Positions 54,468-64,000 of a DNA stretch of 64,000 nucleotides are shown here, piece after piece. Both the position numbers and the translations under genes were made by a program. Source of the DNA: an uncultured Ruminococcus sp. Its GTDB lineage: Bacteria; Bacillota; Clostridia; Monoglobales; Monoglobaceae. The stretch is from the NCBI GenBank assembly GCA_902766745.1, contig CACXES010000008.1, positions 400 to 64,399 of the forward strand, in the 5' to 3' direction. Within the stretch, counting starts at the first letter, position 1. The number at the start of each line of letters is the position of its first letter. The notes under the pieces are model-generated. The model was not told the origin of the DNA. It did not search any database and worked only from the letters and a program-made list of their open reading frames with translations.

Positions 54468-55934
54468 CTATTCCGTAATATATACTCGGCTGCCGATTGG
54501 CAGATACGAGTCAAGCCAGTCAATATCGCTCTTGCGAAGTCTTACGCAGCCATGTGAAATCATTACTCCGACTCTGTTGTCGTACGGAATGTTATCGTAT
54601 CTCAATAGAGTGGAATGCATAGCGTAGTTTCCGTAGAATACCAAGCACGGGCCGACGTAATATCCGTCATAATACCATCCGGGAAGGCGATACTGATATT
54701 CAAAGCTGCCTGTGATTGTGGGTGAATTTGGTGCACCTATGGCGCAGGCAAAGGTCTTTTCAAGCTTCCACTTGTACTGTGAGCCTGTGTATACCCGCAC
54801 ACGATAGTCGGACTTGTCTATCCACACGAGGTAGCTTGTTCTGCTGCTCAGTCCCCATTGATTTACGGGGATTTTTTTCATATAGTCGCTGACCCTTGTC
54901 GAGCTTCCTATACACACGTCGATGTGGTCGCCGAAATCTATCGCTTCGATAGAGGAGCCTACTGCTTCGGCAAAGCTGCGTGCCGGTACAAACGCCGTCC
55001 CGTCAATGGTAATGCATGGCTTTGAAAGATAAATATCTGTTCCGAATACCGTGGAATAGGATTGGTCAAGGTTAAACAGAGCCTGCTCATCACCTATGCT
55101 GCATACAACACTTCTGTAGCGTTCGTCATATCTGACGTCGAAGCCGAGAGCCTCTGCGGTTGCCTTAAGCGGGATCATGGCTGTATCATCAATAAGCCTT
55201 GCCCTCGGTGTCGGATTTTGTTGCTTTCCGTCTATGTAAAGTATAATCAGGTGCTCGTACTCGGGACAGGCATCAAAGGCAAAGCTGTTTCCGATTACGT
55301 CCTCGCCGGTATCGCTTGTGTATATGTAGGTATCAAGCTTGATTTCATCACCTACGCCGTATACTCTGTCATAGTATTTTATGTAGGTCAGACCGCTATT
55401 CAGCTTTAGAGTAAAGCTTTTGCCGAGTCTGTACCTCGGTACGGATATGTCAAAGCTCAGCTTCTCCGTGATGCCGCCGACCCATTCGGATACCTTGGAA
55501 AGGAGGTTTCCCTCGGAATCATAAAGATAAAATTCCGCAGTGGAATCCTTGACCTGCATACGCGGTATCATTTTAAATTCCAGATGTACACTGTCGGAGG
55601 TTTGCTTGTCTTCCGCGGATAAATCCGTTTTATTTTCAGAACCGTTTGACAACGTGCCTCCGGTACTGTTGTCTCCGTTTGTATATGTATTGCCGTTTTC
55701 GTTATTGACGCTGCTGTCTTTTGTGTTTGTGCTTCCTCCGTCGGTGTATTTATCACTGCTGTCGGTGGTGTCATTGCTGTCTTTTACGTCTGTGGCGCTG
55801 TCAACATCGGTATTTTTGTCTGTCGGTAATGTATAAGCACTGTCCGTATCTGAGATTTCGTCCGCAAATACGGGAATGCTTACCGAGCAAATCGATACAA
55901 CTATACTCAAAATAAAGTAAAATAATTTTTCCAT
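54468..55934 (-). CDS. Secreted L,D-transpeptidase (YkuD domain) with a copper-amine-oxidase-N-like stalk domain and a low-complexity N-region
   Basis: Signal peptide. D/S/T/N-rich region. Stalk motifs MIPLKATAEALGF and AFVPARSFAEAVG. Catalytic motif ISHGCVRL. Confidence 0.8.
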   Translation of the reverse strand: MEKLFYFILSIVVSICSVSIPVFADEISDTDSAYTLPTDKNTDVDSATDVKDSNDTTDSSDKYTDGGSTNTKDSSVNNENGNTYTNGDNSTGGTLSNGSENKTDLSAEDKQTSDSVHLEFKMIPRMQVKDSTAEFYLYDSEGNLLSKVSEWVGGITEKLSFDISVPRYRLGKSFTLKLNSGLTYIKYYDRVYGVGDEIKLDTYIYTSDTGEDVIGNSFAFDACPEYEHLIILYIDGKQQNPTPRARLIDDTAMIPLKATAEALGFDVRYDERYRSVVCSIGDEQALFNLDQSYSTVFGTDIYLSKPCITIDGTAFVPARSFAEAVGSSIEAIDFGDHIDVCIGSSTRVSDYMKKIPVNQWGLSSRTSYLVWIDKSDYRVRVYTGSQYKWKLEKTFACAIGAPNSPTITGSFEYQYRLPGWYYDGYYVGPCLVFYGNYAMHSTLLRYDNIPYDNRVGVMISHGCVRLRKSDIDWLDSYLPIGSRVYITE

Positions 55935-55996
55935 AACACACCTCTTGTATTAATGATTTTGCTAACAGGTGCCGGAGCATCTGTATAAGCACTATT

Positions 55997-56920
55997 TTAA
56001 CATTTTTCTCGTAAAATGTACAGAACTTTTTTATAATACGGCGGAAGCTCAGAGCTAAATTCCATGTATTCTTTATATATCGGGTGAATAAAGCCTATTT
56101 TGTATGCGTGCAGAAGCTGTCCGCTTAAGCTGAATTCCTCCTTCTTCACGCCGTAGGTCTTGTCGCCCACGATGGGGTGTCCCATGTGGGACATATGAAC
56201 GCGTATTTGATGCGTTCTGCCTGTCTCCAAAACACATTCGATAAAGCTGTACTTGCCGAGCCGCTCAAGCACACGGTAATGGGTGACGGCATTGCGGCAG
56301 TTTTCATAGGTTACGGTCATTTTTTTGCGGTCGGCAGAATGTCTTCCGATAGGAAGATCTATCGTTCCGCTGTCCTCGGAAAATCCGCCGTGAACCAAGG
56401 CGAGATATGCACGGGTTAAGCTGTGCTCTTTTATCTGCTCAGCAAGCCCGGTATGCGCCGCATCGCATTTTGCGACCAAAAGCAAGCCGCTTGTATCCTT
56501 ATCGATTCTGTGAAGTATGCCCGGGCGCAGCACTCCGTTTATCCCCGACAGCTCTGTGCCGCAGTGGTGGAGGAGTGCGTTGACAAGCGTCTTGTCATAG
56601 CTGCCCGGTGCAGGATGTACAACCATTCCTTGGGGCTTGTTTACCACAAGCATATACCGATCCTCGTATACAATATCAAGCGGGATATCCTCCGGCCGAA
56701 CATCAATTTTTGTCGGCTCGGGTATTGTAATGCTTATCGCATCACCGTATTTGACCTTGTAATTTGCCTTTACGGCTTTGTCAGATACCGTGACACGGCC
56801 GTCGTCAATTAGCTTTTGAATATGGGAACGGGTCATGCCGCCGATCCTTGAGGATAAAAGCTTGTCAATCCTCATACCGGCTTCGTCCTCGGCAACGGTG
56901 ATGAATTTTGTCTCACTCAA
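55997..56920 (-). CDS. rluD: 23S rRNA pseudouridine synthase, RluA/RluD family
   Basis: S4 domain; catalytic motif HRIDKDTSGLLLVAK. Confidence 0.9.
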   Translation of the reverse strand: MSETKFITVAEDEAGMRIDKLLSSRIGGMTRSHIQKLIDDGRVTVSDKAVKANYKVKYGDAISITIPEPTKIDVRPEDIPLDIVYEDRYMLVVNKPQGMVVHPAPGSYDKTLVNALLHHCGTELSGINGVLRPGILHRIDKDTSGLLLVAKCDAAHTGLAEQIKEHSLTRAYLALVHGGFSEDSGTIDLPIGRHSADRKKMTVTYENCRNAVTHYRVLERLGKYSFIECVLETGRTHQIRVHMSHMGHPIVGDKTYGVKKEEFSLSGQLLHAYKIGFIHPIYKEYMEFSSELPPYYKKVLYILREKC

Positions 56921-56924
56921 GGCT

Positions 56925-57392
56925 TCAGACCTCCTTGACGTTTTCGTCGCTGCCGCTGAGCAGAAAGTGTATTAAAATCATTGCTGCGCCTACGCAAACG
57001 GCGATATCGGCTACATTGAACACAGGGAAGTTAATCAGTCTGAAATCGAAGAAGTCAATGACATATCCGAGACGAATCCTGTCCGCAATGTTGCCTATGG
57101 CACCGGCGAAGATTAAAGCCGTTCCGCCCTTCTGCCACACGGTTCGCTGAATTTTGGGGGTCTTATACATTATTATTGTCAGAGCCGCCAGCAGAATGAC
57201 GGAAACTGCGATAAATACAATGCGGCCGCCGCTGAAAAGACCGAAGGCGATGCCGCGATTCTCAACATATGTCAGATGAAATACATTTTGAATGAGCGGA
57301 ATGCTGCCGATGTCAGTCAGATATGAAACAGCAAGGTGCTTTGTGATTTGATCGGCGGCAGTCAGTAATACGGTAATTATAAAATAAATCAT
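56925..57392 (-). CDS. lspA: Lipoprotein signal peptidase II
   Basis: NRGIAFG and FPVFNVADIAV motifs; 4 TM. Confidence 0.92.
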   Translation of the reverse strand: MIYFIITVLLTAADQITKHLAVSYLTDIGSIPLIQNVFHLTYVENRGIAFGLFSGGRIVFIAVSVILLAALTIIMYKTPKIQRTVWQKGGTALIFAGAIGNIADRIRLGYVIDFFDFRLINFPVFNVADIAVCVGAAMILIHFLLSGSDENVKEV

Positions 57393-57468
57393 GATTATAC
57401 TCCGTCAGCAGATATTTTAAAGGACCGCATCATGGCCTGCGAGGTCTTGACGGCAGTCCTCAATATAT

Positions 57469-58452
57469 TTATTTTCGTACGGTATATCCACCGTTTTCGT
57501 TCATGGACACAAAAGGCAGCTTAGAGGTGTCACGTTTAGGGCGTACGCTCTCGGTATTGCCGAAAACCTGTTTCTTCATCATCTCGTAGTAGGACTCGTT
57601 ATTCGACTCATCTGCAGCGAGATTGACGGAAGTGTCATCCATATTTTCGAGGGCAGTATCCTCGACCTTGGCAGTATCCTCGGCTTTGGCATTGTCCACG
57701 GCTTTGGCATTATCCACGGCTTTGGCATTTGGCTTTGCCTCGACTTCGGTATTGGGTTCGGCATTTGTGTCGGATTTGACATCGTCCTTTACGGGTTCGA
57801 AAAGAGCCGTTTTCGAAAAATCCGTGTTCTCCGAGGATTTCTCGGATTTCTCCGAAGTTTTCGTTGATTCTTCGGCGCATTTTGCCTTCCTTGCATCATT
57901 GATATCGGCGGAAGCCTTTGTAAATGTCTTGCCCTTGGCGGAATTTCTGTGCTTTTTCCACATAGGGGCATCCTTATCCGATGCGGAATCAACACCGCTC
58001 AGACTTGCGGATTCCGGGTACTCGTTTAAAACACAAAGCTGCGCATTTAAAAGCTCAATGATTTTTGCCTTATAGGTCTCTGTTTCGCGCTTTATGTTCT
58101 CAAGGCGATATTGCTCTGCGGCAATCTTCTGTTCGGCACCGGCAATTATTGAGTTTGCGGCAAGCTCGGCGTTTTTTAGTATTTCAGCGGCCTTGCTGTG
58201 CGCACTCTCCTCTATTTCGTCCGCTGACATGCCGGCAATGTTCAAGGCATCGTTCAGCGTGTCCTCCATTGACTTGTATTGTCCCACCGCGTCGGATAAC
58301 CGACCTGTTGTTTCATTCAGCTTTTGATTTGCTTCATATATTTCTATGTAGCTGTCATATATCTCCTGAAGAAAGTCATCAACTTCCTCGGTATTATAAC
58401 CGCGAAAAGATATTCTGAAGCCTTTTTCTGCGATGTCCTGCGGTGTAACCAT
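57469..58452 (-). CDS. divIVA: DivIVA-domain protein with a long low-complexity C-terminal tail
   Basis: MVTPQDIAEKGFRISFRGYNTEEVDDFLQEI is the canonical DivIVA N-terminus. The track ORF extends to 58497. Confidence 0.85.
   Translation of the reverse strand: MVTPQDIAEKGFRISFRGYNTEEVDDFLQEIYDSYIEIYEANQKLNETTGRLSDAVGQYKSMEDTLNDALNIAGMSADEIEESAHSKAAEILKNAELAANSIIAGAEQKIAAEQYRLENIKRETETYKAKIIELLNAQLCVLNEYPESASLSGVDSASDKDAPMWKKHRNSAKGKTFTKASADINDARKAKCAEESTKTSEKSEKSSENTDFSKTALFEPVKDDVKSDTNAEPNTEVEAKPNAKAVDNAKAVDNAKAEDTAKVEDTALENMDDTSVNLAADESNNESYYEMMKKQVFGNTESVRPKRDTSKLPFVSMNENGGYTVRK
57652..57723. repeat. Four tandem 18-nt units inside the DivIVA tail (encoding KVEDTA/KAEDTA/KAVDNA/KAVDNA)
   Basis: GGCAGTATCCTCGACCTT, GGCAGTATCCTCGGCTTT, GGCATTGTCCACGGCTTT and GGCATTATCCACGGCTTT, read on the plus strand. 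Confidence 0.9.
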
Positions 58453-58528
58453 TATTATTCTCCCTTTCGTTTTTATATATAGGCACCGTTTCGGCACCTC
58501 GAATTTTGAAATTGACTACGCAATAATT

Positions 58529-59287
58529 CTATTCATATTTGAGGGCGGTTATTCCAAGCCTGCCCTTGCGCGTGGGACCGCTTATACTGCCGATTTTTAT
58601 ACGACCTATACCCCGTGCGGAGATGAGATCACCCTCATCTATATGAGCGGAGGCAGATTCGGTAATATTGAAATTGACGGACACCAAGCCTTGCGATATC
58701 AGCTCTGCGGTGCGACTGCGAGAAATTCCTGCCGCAAATGCAAGCACCGCATCGAGTCTCATAGACGATACGGTTCCGTGTATCTCACGCACGGTCGGCG
58801 GCGGAAGCTTTGCCTCGCTGCATTTGCAGATGCTGCAATGTATGCCGAGCCGACCGATCTTTTTGAGGTTTTGAACAATATAATCCGCAATGCGGTTTTT
58901 TACAAACACAAACGCCTCGCCGTCACCGACTACTATATCGCCTATATTTTCTCTGACGATGCCAAGACCCATAAGGCTTCCCAGAAAGTCACGGTGAGTC
59001 AGCGCATCAAGGCCTCGGCCGGTTATGCGTATCGTTGAAATTACATCATCAGGCGAAAAATCAGCATACTCCGGCCTGCAAATCAGAAGTGTGCGTTCAG
59101 CCTCCGGGTAGCCGCCGAAAAATTCAAGACTGATATCCGGCAGGGGATATAGCTCCTTAGAAATAAGCGTTCTCTGCCGAGGGTTTAAAAAACCTACGGT
59201 TTCAACGGTATAGTGCGCTTCGGCAATACGCAGTGCGTCCTCGGCGCGCGCTGTTATAAGCTTATCATCTTTATCGATCGGTGTCAT
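58529..59287 (-). CDS. ylmH: YlmH-like RNA-binding protein (S4 domain)
   Basis: C-terminal S4 motif MRLDAVLAFAAGISRSRTAELISQGLVSVN. Position is between sepF and divIVA. Confidence 0.8.
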   Translation of the reverse strand: MTPIDKDDKLITARAEDALRIAEAHYTVETVGFLNPRQRTLISKELYPLPDISLEFFGGYPEAERTLLICRPEYADFSPDDVISTIRITGRGLDALTHRDFLGSLMGLGIVRENIGDIVVGDGEAFVFVKNRIADYIVQNLKKIGRLGIHCSICKCSEAKLPPPTVREIHGTVSSMRLDAVLAFAAGISRSRTAELISQGLVSVNFNITESASAHIDEGDLISARGIGRIKIGSISGPTRKGRLGITALKYE

Positions 59288-59314
59288 GCCGCTGTCCTGC
59301 CTTTAAATTTTTAT

Positions 59315-59758
59315 TTACTCCCACATGAAGGAGCTTCTCGCGTCATTCTTCGCCTCTTCGCCCATTATGTCAACGTTATCGGGGGCGATAATAAATATCC
59401 TGTTGGAAATCTTTTGAATCGAGCCGTCAAGGGCATATACCGCACCGCACAAAAAGTCGAATATTCTGTGTGCCAGAGCGGCATCAATGGATTCCAGATT
59501 AACAACCACAGGCTTTCTTCCCTTAAGATGCTGAGTTATGTCCTTTGCCTCGTCGAAGGTGTTTGGCTGTATAACCACAACGCGCAGCTGTGATGACGGC
59601 TCGTGAAATTTTACGACCTTGCTGCTGTGGCGATCCTTGATTCTGTCATATGCAGCAGATTCATAATCCAGCTCTCTTTCATCATCATAGTTCATTTCCT
59701 CATCATATTCAGAACCGAAGCCCAGCATATTTAATACTTTATTTACTTTCTCTCCCAT
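59315..59758 (-). CDS. sepF: Cell-division protein SepF
   Basis: VVVIQPNTFDEAKDITQHLKGRKPVVVNLE...LCGAVYALDGSIQKISNRIFIIAP. Confidence 0.88.
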   Translation of the reverse strand: MGEKVNKVLNMLGFGSEYDEEMNYDDERELDYESAAYDRIKDRHSSKVVKFHEPSSQLRVVVIQPNTFDEAKDITQHLKGRKPVVVNLESIDAALAHRIFDFLCGAVYALDGSIQKISNRIFIIAPDNVDIMGEEAKNDARSSFMWE

Positions 59759-59814
59759 AATTGTCCTCCTGTTTCGGGGTACCCCGTATTTTATATTTTA
59801 ATATAGTTAATAAT

Positions 59815-60537
59815 TTACTGATTTATGTTTTGCATAGGGTTATTTAATGAATAATCCCTTTCGCCGAAGATGGCCTCACCTACGCGAACAATGGTTGCGC
59901 CGGCCTCGACCGCCGCCTCGAAGTCATGAGTCATGCCCATGGATAGCTCCTTCATCGAAACATTATCGATTTTCTCCGCCTCTATTTCCGATGCGAGCGA
60001 GGCAAGAGCGGAAAAGAGCCGTTTGTTTTGATCGTAGTCATAGTCTTTGACGGAAATAGTCATAAGACCGCAGATGTGTACATGCGGAAGCTTCGCTATA
60101 TCACGGCAAAGCCGGGCTGTTTCCGAGGGGGATGCCCCGGACTTGCTTTCCTCGCCGGAAATATTTACCTGAATCAGTATATCCTGTACCTTGTCAATCG
60201 CTGCGGCACGTTTTTCAATTTCCTCAGCGAGAGAGAGGCTGTCCACGGAGTGGATAAGCGCAGCATATGAGATTATATGTCGCACCTTGTTTTTCTGAAG
60301 CTGTCCTATCTGATGCCAGCGAACGCTCCCGCCTATTTGCTCTGCCTTTGCCGCAAGCTCCTGCGGACGGTTTTCGCCGAAGTCAAGCTGTCCGTATTTC
60401 ATCGCCTCCGTTACATAATCGGCGGGGCGAGTTTTGCTGACGGCGATCAGTTTGATATGTGACGGATCGCGGCCTGCACGAAGAGCGGCATCGGTGATTC
60501 TTTGACTGACTGACTTAAGATTATCGGAAATACTCAT
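59815..60537 (-). CDS. ylmE: YggS/YlmE-family pyridoxal-phosphate homeostasis protein
   Basis: LIAVSKTRP (PLP lysine), GENRPQEL, and SMGMTHDFEAAVEAGATIVRVG. Confidence 0.9.
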   Translation of the reverse strand: MSISDNLKSVSQRITDAALRAGRDPSHIKLIAVSKTRPADYVTEAMKYGQLDFGENRPQELAAKAEQIGGSVRWHQIGQLQKNKVRHIISYAALIHSVDSLSLAEEIEKRAAAIDKVQDILIQVNISGEESKSGASPSETARLCRDIAKLPHVHICGLMTISVKDYDYDQNKRLFSALASLASEIEAEKIDNVSMKELSMGMTHDFEAAVEAGATIVRVGEAIFGERDYSLNNPMQNINQ

Positions 60538-60554
60538 GCTGATCACCCTTTGAC

Positions 60555-61811
60555 TTATCGTACTATTTTATCTTCCTCAACAGATTTGGAGTCGGCTATT
60601 ACCTCATCGTACATCTGTAATTTAATGCCTCCGATGTTTTCGATCGGACTTACTATTGCCCATTTATCATTCTTGTATCTGACGTTTACCGGGACAAATT
60701 TTGCTTTGTCAAGACGAATGACAAACACTCCTTCAACGCCGTCGCGGACACGCAGACAGCTGACAGGGAGCTTTATCCCCTCAACGCTTACGGTAACAAT
60801 ATCGGCGTTAATGCGGTTTGTGGAATATATTCCTTTAACATATCTGTTTGTGGAAATAACCACGGTTGTCAAGCCGCTCTCCTCGGCCGAAATCCGCGAA
60901 ACGGTTCCCTTTATGGGGGTGTCGGAAAGGTCGAAGAACTCCATTCGTATGCTTTGACCCTCCTTTAGGGCAGAGGCCTGCTCCGAATCAACGTTTGCGG
61001 CAAAATACCAGGAATAATTGTTGATGATTTTACAGAGCGGCTGTCCTGCTTCAACGGATCGAGTAATAATCGGTTCACGGTCGTTCAGCTCACTGAGATA
61101 GGAAGGTGAAAGCTCCTTGACCTTGTCTGAGCTGAGTGCGTCCTCAAGACCGTCAGTCCTCGGACAGAAAACACCGCCTGTTTCGGCTTTTACGGTCTGC
61201 AAAAGTCCCGCCCCGCTGTTAAGCGAGTCGAGCTCTGCCTGTATCTCGGCTGCGGTGAGAGGCTTATTGCTGCCCTCAGAGCCTTGCTTTAAAAGACGGT
61301 TAAGCTCATCCTTGCTGTTTGCGGCGGAGCTTATGTTGCGCTTTGAACGCTCATCTGATATGTCACGGATCATTGACGAAACCTTACTGCCGGATGCCGC
61401 AGAGACAGAGGTATAGGTTTTCTCGCTGTCGTTTACGCCAACCTGCGCAAGCAGATGACTCAGCTCCTTGATTTTGTCAATGGTTTCGGGATTGGGTGTA
61501 TCGGAGTAGATATAGCCGATTACCTGTCCCTCGGAAACACGGTCTCCATCGCTGACGATACATTCCAAATGCCCCGAGCAGGGCGCATTTATTACTTTTT
61601 GCTGACGGAATATATAGCCGTCGGCTCGAAAGCTCTCGGTCAGTACCCCCGTCAGGGCGGTTGTGGTGGAGAGACTCCCGAGGAGGGATGAAATCGTAGC
61701 TGCGGCAATGTAGATCAACACAGCGATAGCTGCGATTATTATAAATGTCTTTTTGCCGAAGCGCCGTTTGCGTTTGGGATGAACTGCTAAATTCTTGTTT
61801 TCGTCCGCCAT
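60555..61811 (-). CDS. Single-TM HlyD/membrane-fusion-like protein (biotinyl-lipoyl-like hairpin plus beta-barrel)
   Basis: N-terminal TM FIIIAAIAVLIYIAAATI. GHLECIVSDGDRVSEGQVIGYIY is a lipoyl-like motif. Function not assignable. Confidence 0.55.
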   Translation of the reverse strand: MADENKNLAVHPKRKRRFGKKTFIIIAAIAVLIYIAAATISSLLGSLSTTTALTGVLTESFRADGYIFRQQKVINAPCSGHLECIVSDGDRVSEGQVIGYIYSDTPNPETIDKIKELSHLLAQVGVNDSEKTYTSVSAASGSKVSSMIRDISDERSKRNISSAANSKDELNRLLKQGSEGSNKPLTAAEIQAELDSLNSGAGLLQTVKAETGGVFCPRTDGLEDALSSDKVKELSPSYLSELNDREPIITRSVEAGQPLCKIINNYSWYFAANVDSEQASALKEGQSIRMEFFDLSDTPIKGTVSRISAEESGLTTVVISTNRYVKGIYSTNRINADIVTVSVEGIKLPVSCLRVRDGVEGVFVIRLDKAKFVPVNVRYKNDKWAIVSPIENIGGIKLQMYDEVIADSKSVEEDKIVR

Positions 61812-62009
61812 TTTACAGTTCCCCCCTCCCGTTGATTTATCGCACTGATACTTGGCGGCGAAATCGCCGCTCAGCGAAGCTGTTATTTAATTATAACATT
61901 ATTTTATCTGCTGTAAACAGAGTTTTTTGTTTTGTATCAGAATTTTAATCTTCTTGTAACATTGATTGTCATAGGTGTGTCCGTTTACCGATGTGAAATT
62001 CAACTAATT

Positions 62010-62100
62010 CAAATCGGAGCAGCGCAGGGCAATGCTTGCAAGGAGCAGAGCTTGTGACATATTGCAATCTGTGTTAGGAGCGATATCTCTATGCTCAGAT
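62010..62100 (-). repeat. Intergenic repeat family E1, copy D (3' half, inverted orientation)
   Basis: The reverse complement reads AATCTGAGCATAGAGATATCGCTCCTAACACAGATTGCAATATGTCACAAGCTCTGCTCCTTGCAAGCATTGCCCTGCGCTGCTCCGATTTG. It is collinear with the 3' halves of copies B and C. Confidence 0.8.
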
Positions 62101-62144
62101 TACAACACTTCTTGTTTAAAACCGAAAAATATAATAAAAAACTA

Positions 62145-62173
62145 TTTACAAAACAGGGAAAATGAGATATAAT
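62145..62173 (+). promoter_or_regulatory. Sigma-A promoter TTTACA-17-TATAAT for the glucokinase gene
   Basis: Read directly, 70 nt upstream of the ATG at 62244. Confidence 0.5.
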
Positions 62174-62243
62174 ATTCAATATTGCTCTGTCATGCTCACG
62201 GCGGAGCGCAAAGTTAATGTGTGGGCGGAAAGGCAGGATTTTT

Positions 62244-63170
62244 ATGTATATAGGAATTGATTTGGGAGGAACCAATATTGCGGCAGGCATTGTGAGCGAG
62301 GACAAAAAGATTGTTTGTTCGGATTCGCGCCCCACACTGTCGGAGCGTCCTTATACCGAGATAGTGGCCGATATGGCGGGACTCTGCAACGATTTGATAA
62401 AGAAGGCGGGAGTTGATATTTCGGATATTAAAGGAATAGGAATAGGAAGCCCCGGAGCAATAGATAATAAAAACGGAGTTGTTATCTACGCAAATAACCT
62501 TGATTGGAACAACGTCCCTTTGGCAGAGGAGCTTCGTAAATATATCGACGTTCCCGTAAATGTGGAGAATGATGCCAATGCTGCCGCTTACGGCGAGTAT
62601 ATGGAGTGCGGCGGCGATATGGAAAGCTTTGTGGCGATAACTCTCGGTACCGGTGTAGGCGGAGGAGTTATTATAGACGGAAAGATATACCGTGGATTTA
62701 ACGGTGTTGCAGGTGAGCTTGGACATACGATGCTTGTTCACGGCGGCGAACACTGTACCTGCGGAAACGACGGATGCTGGGAGGCTTATGCCTCGGTAAC
62801 GGCACTTATCCGTCAGACAAAGGCGGCAATAGCCGAACACCCCGACAGCATGATGGCAGGAGATATCAAGGTCAGCGGAAGAACCTCGTTTAACGCTGCA
62901 AAGGCAGGTGATAAGGCAGGACGTGAGGTTGTCGATAAATACATAGAATATGTGGCAAGCGGAATTAACAATATAGTTAATATATTCCAGCCGAATATGC
63001 TTGTGATCGGCGGCGGCATAAGCAACGAGGGTGATTATCTTTTGAACCCGATAAAGGAATATGTCAAGAAACATTGCTACTGCAAGGCGGTTGAACAGAC
63101 TGAGATTAAGATTGCAAGTCTTAAGAATGATGCCGGAATTATCGGTGCGGCACTTGCGTGCGGACAGTAA
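62244..63170 (+). CDS. glk: ROK-family glucokinase
   Basis: MYIGIDLGGTNIAAG, and the ROK zinc motif GHTMLVHGGEHCTCGNDGCWEAYAS. Confidence 0.88.
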   Translation: MYIGIDLGGTNIAAGIVSEDKKIVCSDSRPTLSERPYTEIVADMAGLCNDLIKKAGVDISDIKGIGIGSPGAIDNKNGVVIYANNLDWNNVPLAEELRKYIDVPVNVENDANAAAYGEYMECGGDMESFVAITLGTGVGGGVIIDGKIYRGFNGVAGELGHTMLVHGGEHCTCGNDGCWEAYASVTALIRQTKAAIAEHPDSMMAGDIKVSGRTSFNAAKAGDKAGREVVDKYIEYVASGINNIVNIFQPNMLVIGGGISNEGDYLLNPIKEYVKKHCYCKAVEQTEIKIASLKNDAGIIGAALACGQ

Positions 63171-63208
63171 AAGTAAATAGGTCAGTAAAAGTAAATAAGT
63201 TAAAAATG

Positions 63209-63245
63209 AACGGGAGACCGAGCCAATCGGAGCTCCCGTTTTTAT
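63209..63245 (+). terminator. Intrinsic terminator after the glucokinase gene
   Basis: AACGGGAG-loop-CTCCCGTT followed by TTTTAT. Confidence 0.75.
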
Positions 63246-63286
63246 TATAACCCGTGCAGAGATGCCGCCTAAGCGGCGGAACACGG

Positions 63287-64000
63287 CTATTCCTCTGTCG
63301 GTGCGTCCTGTGCCGGAAGGTAATCGTGGGGGTTGACAGTTTCTTCGTTAAGGCTTACCTCAAAGTGAAGGTGAGGACTTTCAGCAACCTCGGCGGCGGC
63401 AGTGTTTCCGACCTTTCCTATTATTGCGCCTGCCGTTATCGGGTCGCCGATATTAACAGGTATTTCCTCCGAAAGATTTGAATAAATGCTTCTCAGGCCT
63501 CCGCTGTGCAGTATTATTACGGTGCTTCCGTACATACCGCTGTCGGTTACTGCCTCCACCGTTCCGTCTGCGGCGGCGTGAACATCGGCACCCTCGGCGG
63601 CGGAAATATCAACGCCGGTGTGACAGCGCCAGTCGTCCATTGTCTTTGAATAGACAAGCTCGTCGCCGGAATAATCATATACCACTGCGCCTTCAACGGG
63701 TGCCTGCATGGAGGGTGCTCCGGCGGAGCTGTCCTTGCTGTCAGCGGCGTTTGATTCGGGGGTGTTGTTCTTATTCGATGTGTTTTCCGCTGTCTTTTGG
63801 GCATTGTCGGTATTATTTTCGGCAGGGGTACTGTCGGGCATTGTCTTATCGGAATTTACAGCCTTTGCCCTTTGGTTATAATCGTTGTTTGTGTCAGCTT
63901 TTGCCGACTGTGTGGCGGCGGATTTTTCCGCTTCGGAGACGGCGTCGTTCCATGCGGCACGGTCAATCGTGCCTCCGGACTTCGGAATAATGTAGGTTAC
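63287..64000 (-). CDS. M23-family peptidoglycan metalloendopeptidase (C-terminal part; the frame stays open to the right edge)
   Basis: HTGVDISA...GSTVIILHSGGLRSIYSNL...SPHLHFEV motifs. My translation upstream of the track Met (63841) stays open to 64000 (VTYIIPKSGGTIDRAAWNDAV...). Confidence 0.8.
   Translation of the reverse strand, partial: VTYIIPKSGGTIDRAAWNDAVSEAEKSAATQSAKADTNNDYNQRAKAVNSDKTMPDSTPAENNTDNAQKTAENTSNKNNTPESNAADSKDSSAGAPSMQAPVEGAVVYDYSGDELVYSKTMDDWRCHTGVDISAAEGADVHAAADGTVEAVTDSGMYGSTVIILHSGGLRSIYSNLSEEIPVNIGDPITAGAIIGKVGNTAAAEVAESPHLHFEVSLNEETVNPHDYLPAQDAPTEE

Noticed and set aside
62214-63284. 356-aa minus-strand ORF overlapping the glucokinase gene
   Set aside because: The plus-strand product is an unmistakable ROK glucokinase with promoter, RBS and terminator. 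The antisense ORF has low-complexity, Cys/Ile/Tyr-rich composition and no motifs.

Overview
This 64-kb window looks like the chromosome of a spore-forming, monoderm Firmicute of class Clostridia. The evidence is a gerA-type germinant receptor, AbrB, SLH wall anchors and a ylmE-sepF-ylmH-divIVA block; the phylogenetic call was made by eye only. About 46 protein genes are supported. I found no rRNA, tRNA, CRISPR array, transposase, prophage or recognisable defence genes.

Layout:
- 1-1802: reverse rubrerythrin (partial), a PerR-like Fur regulator and a lipoprotein cyclophilin.
- 2239-25212: the only clearly accessory block, a Gram-positive polysaccharide-utilisation locus. It holds an FAD oxidoreductase, two AraC regulators (one transmembrane), a xylose-isomerase-like TIM-barrel protein, a signal-less GH16-like enzyme, an LplABC-type ABC importer and a 1169-aa secreted clan-GH-A-like enzyme with a CBM9-like tail. 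It also holds four large secreted or SLH-anchored proteins (about 3050 aa in total) with no catalytic motif I can recognise.
- 25308-25892: an XRE-HTH fused to a desulfoferrodoxin-like module.
- 26297-30801: the birA-bioY-bioB-bioD-bioA operon with a perfect BirA-type operator.
- 30964-64000: core genes, namely rpsO, pnp, eno, RNase J, ung, rpmB, mutS2, nrdR, mgtC, PP2C/DUF3795/FHA, hemolysin III, abrB, ger operon, radC, an L,D-transpeptidase, rluD, lspA, divIVA, ylmH, sepF, ylmE, an HlyD-like protein, a ROK glucokinase and a partial M23 peptidase.

Most notable non-genic signal: a structured ~115-180-nt intergenic repeat family occurs in at least 6 full or partial copies. Two copies lie exactly between a consensus sigma-A promoter and the start codons of nrdR and the hemolysin-III gene. 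A second 57-nt repeat, 56/57 identical, occurs at two sites.

Other oddities are a fused GerB-GerC germinant-receptor subunit and a nucleotidyltransferase/LbH/PGM fusion with an eroded N-terminal motif. No single clearly novel system can be proven from sequence alone. The carbohydrate locus and the repeat/leader family are the best candidates.
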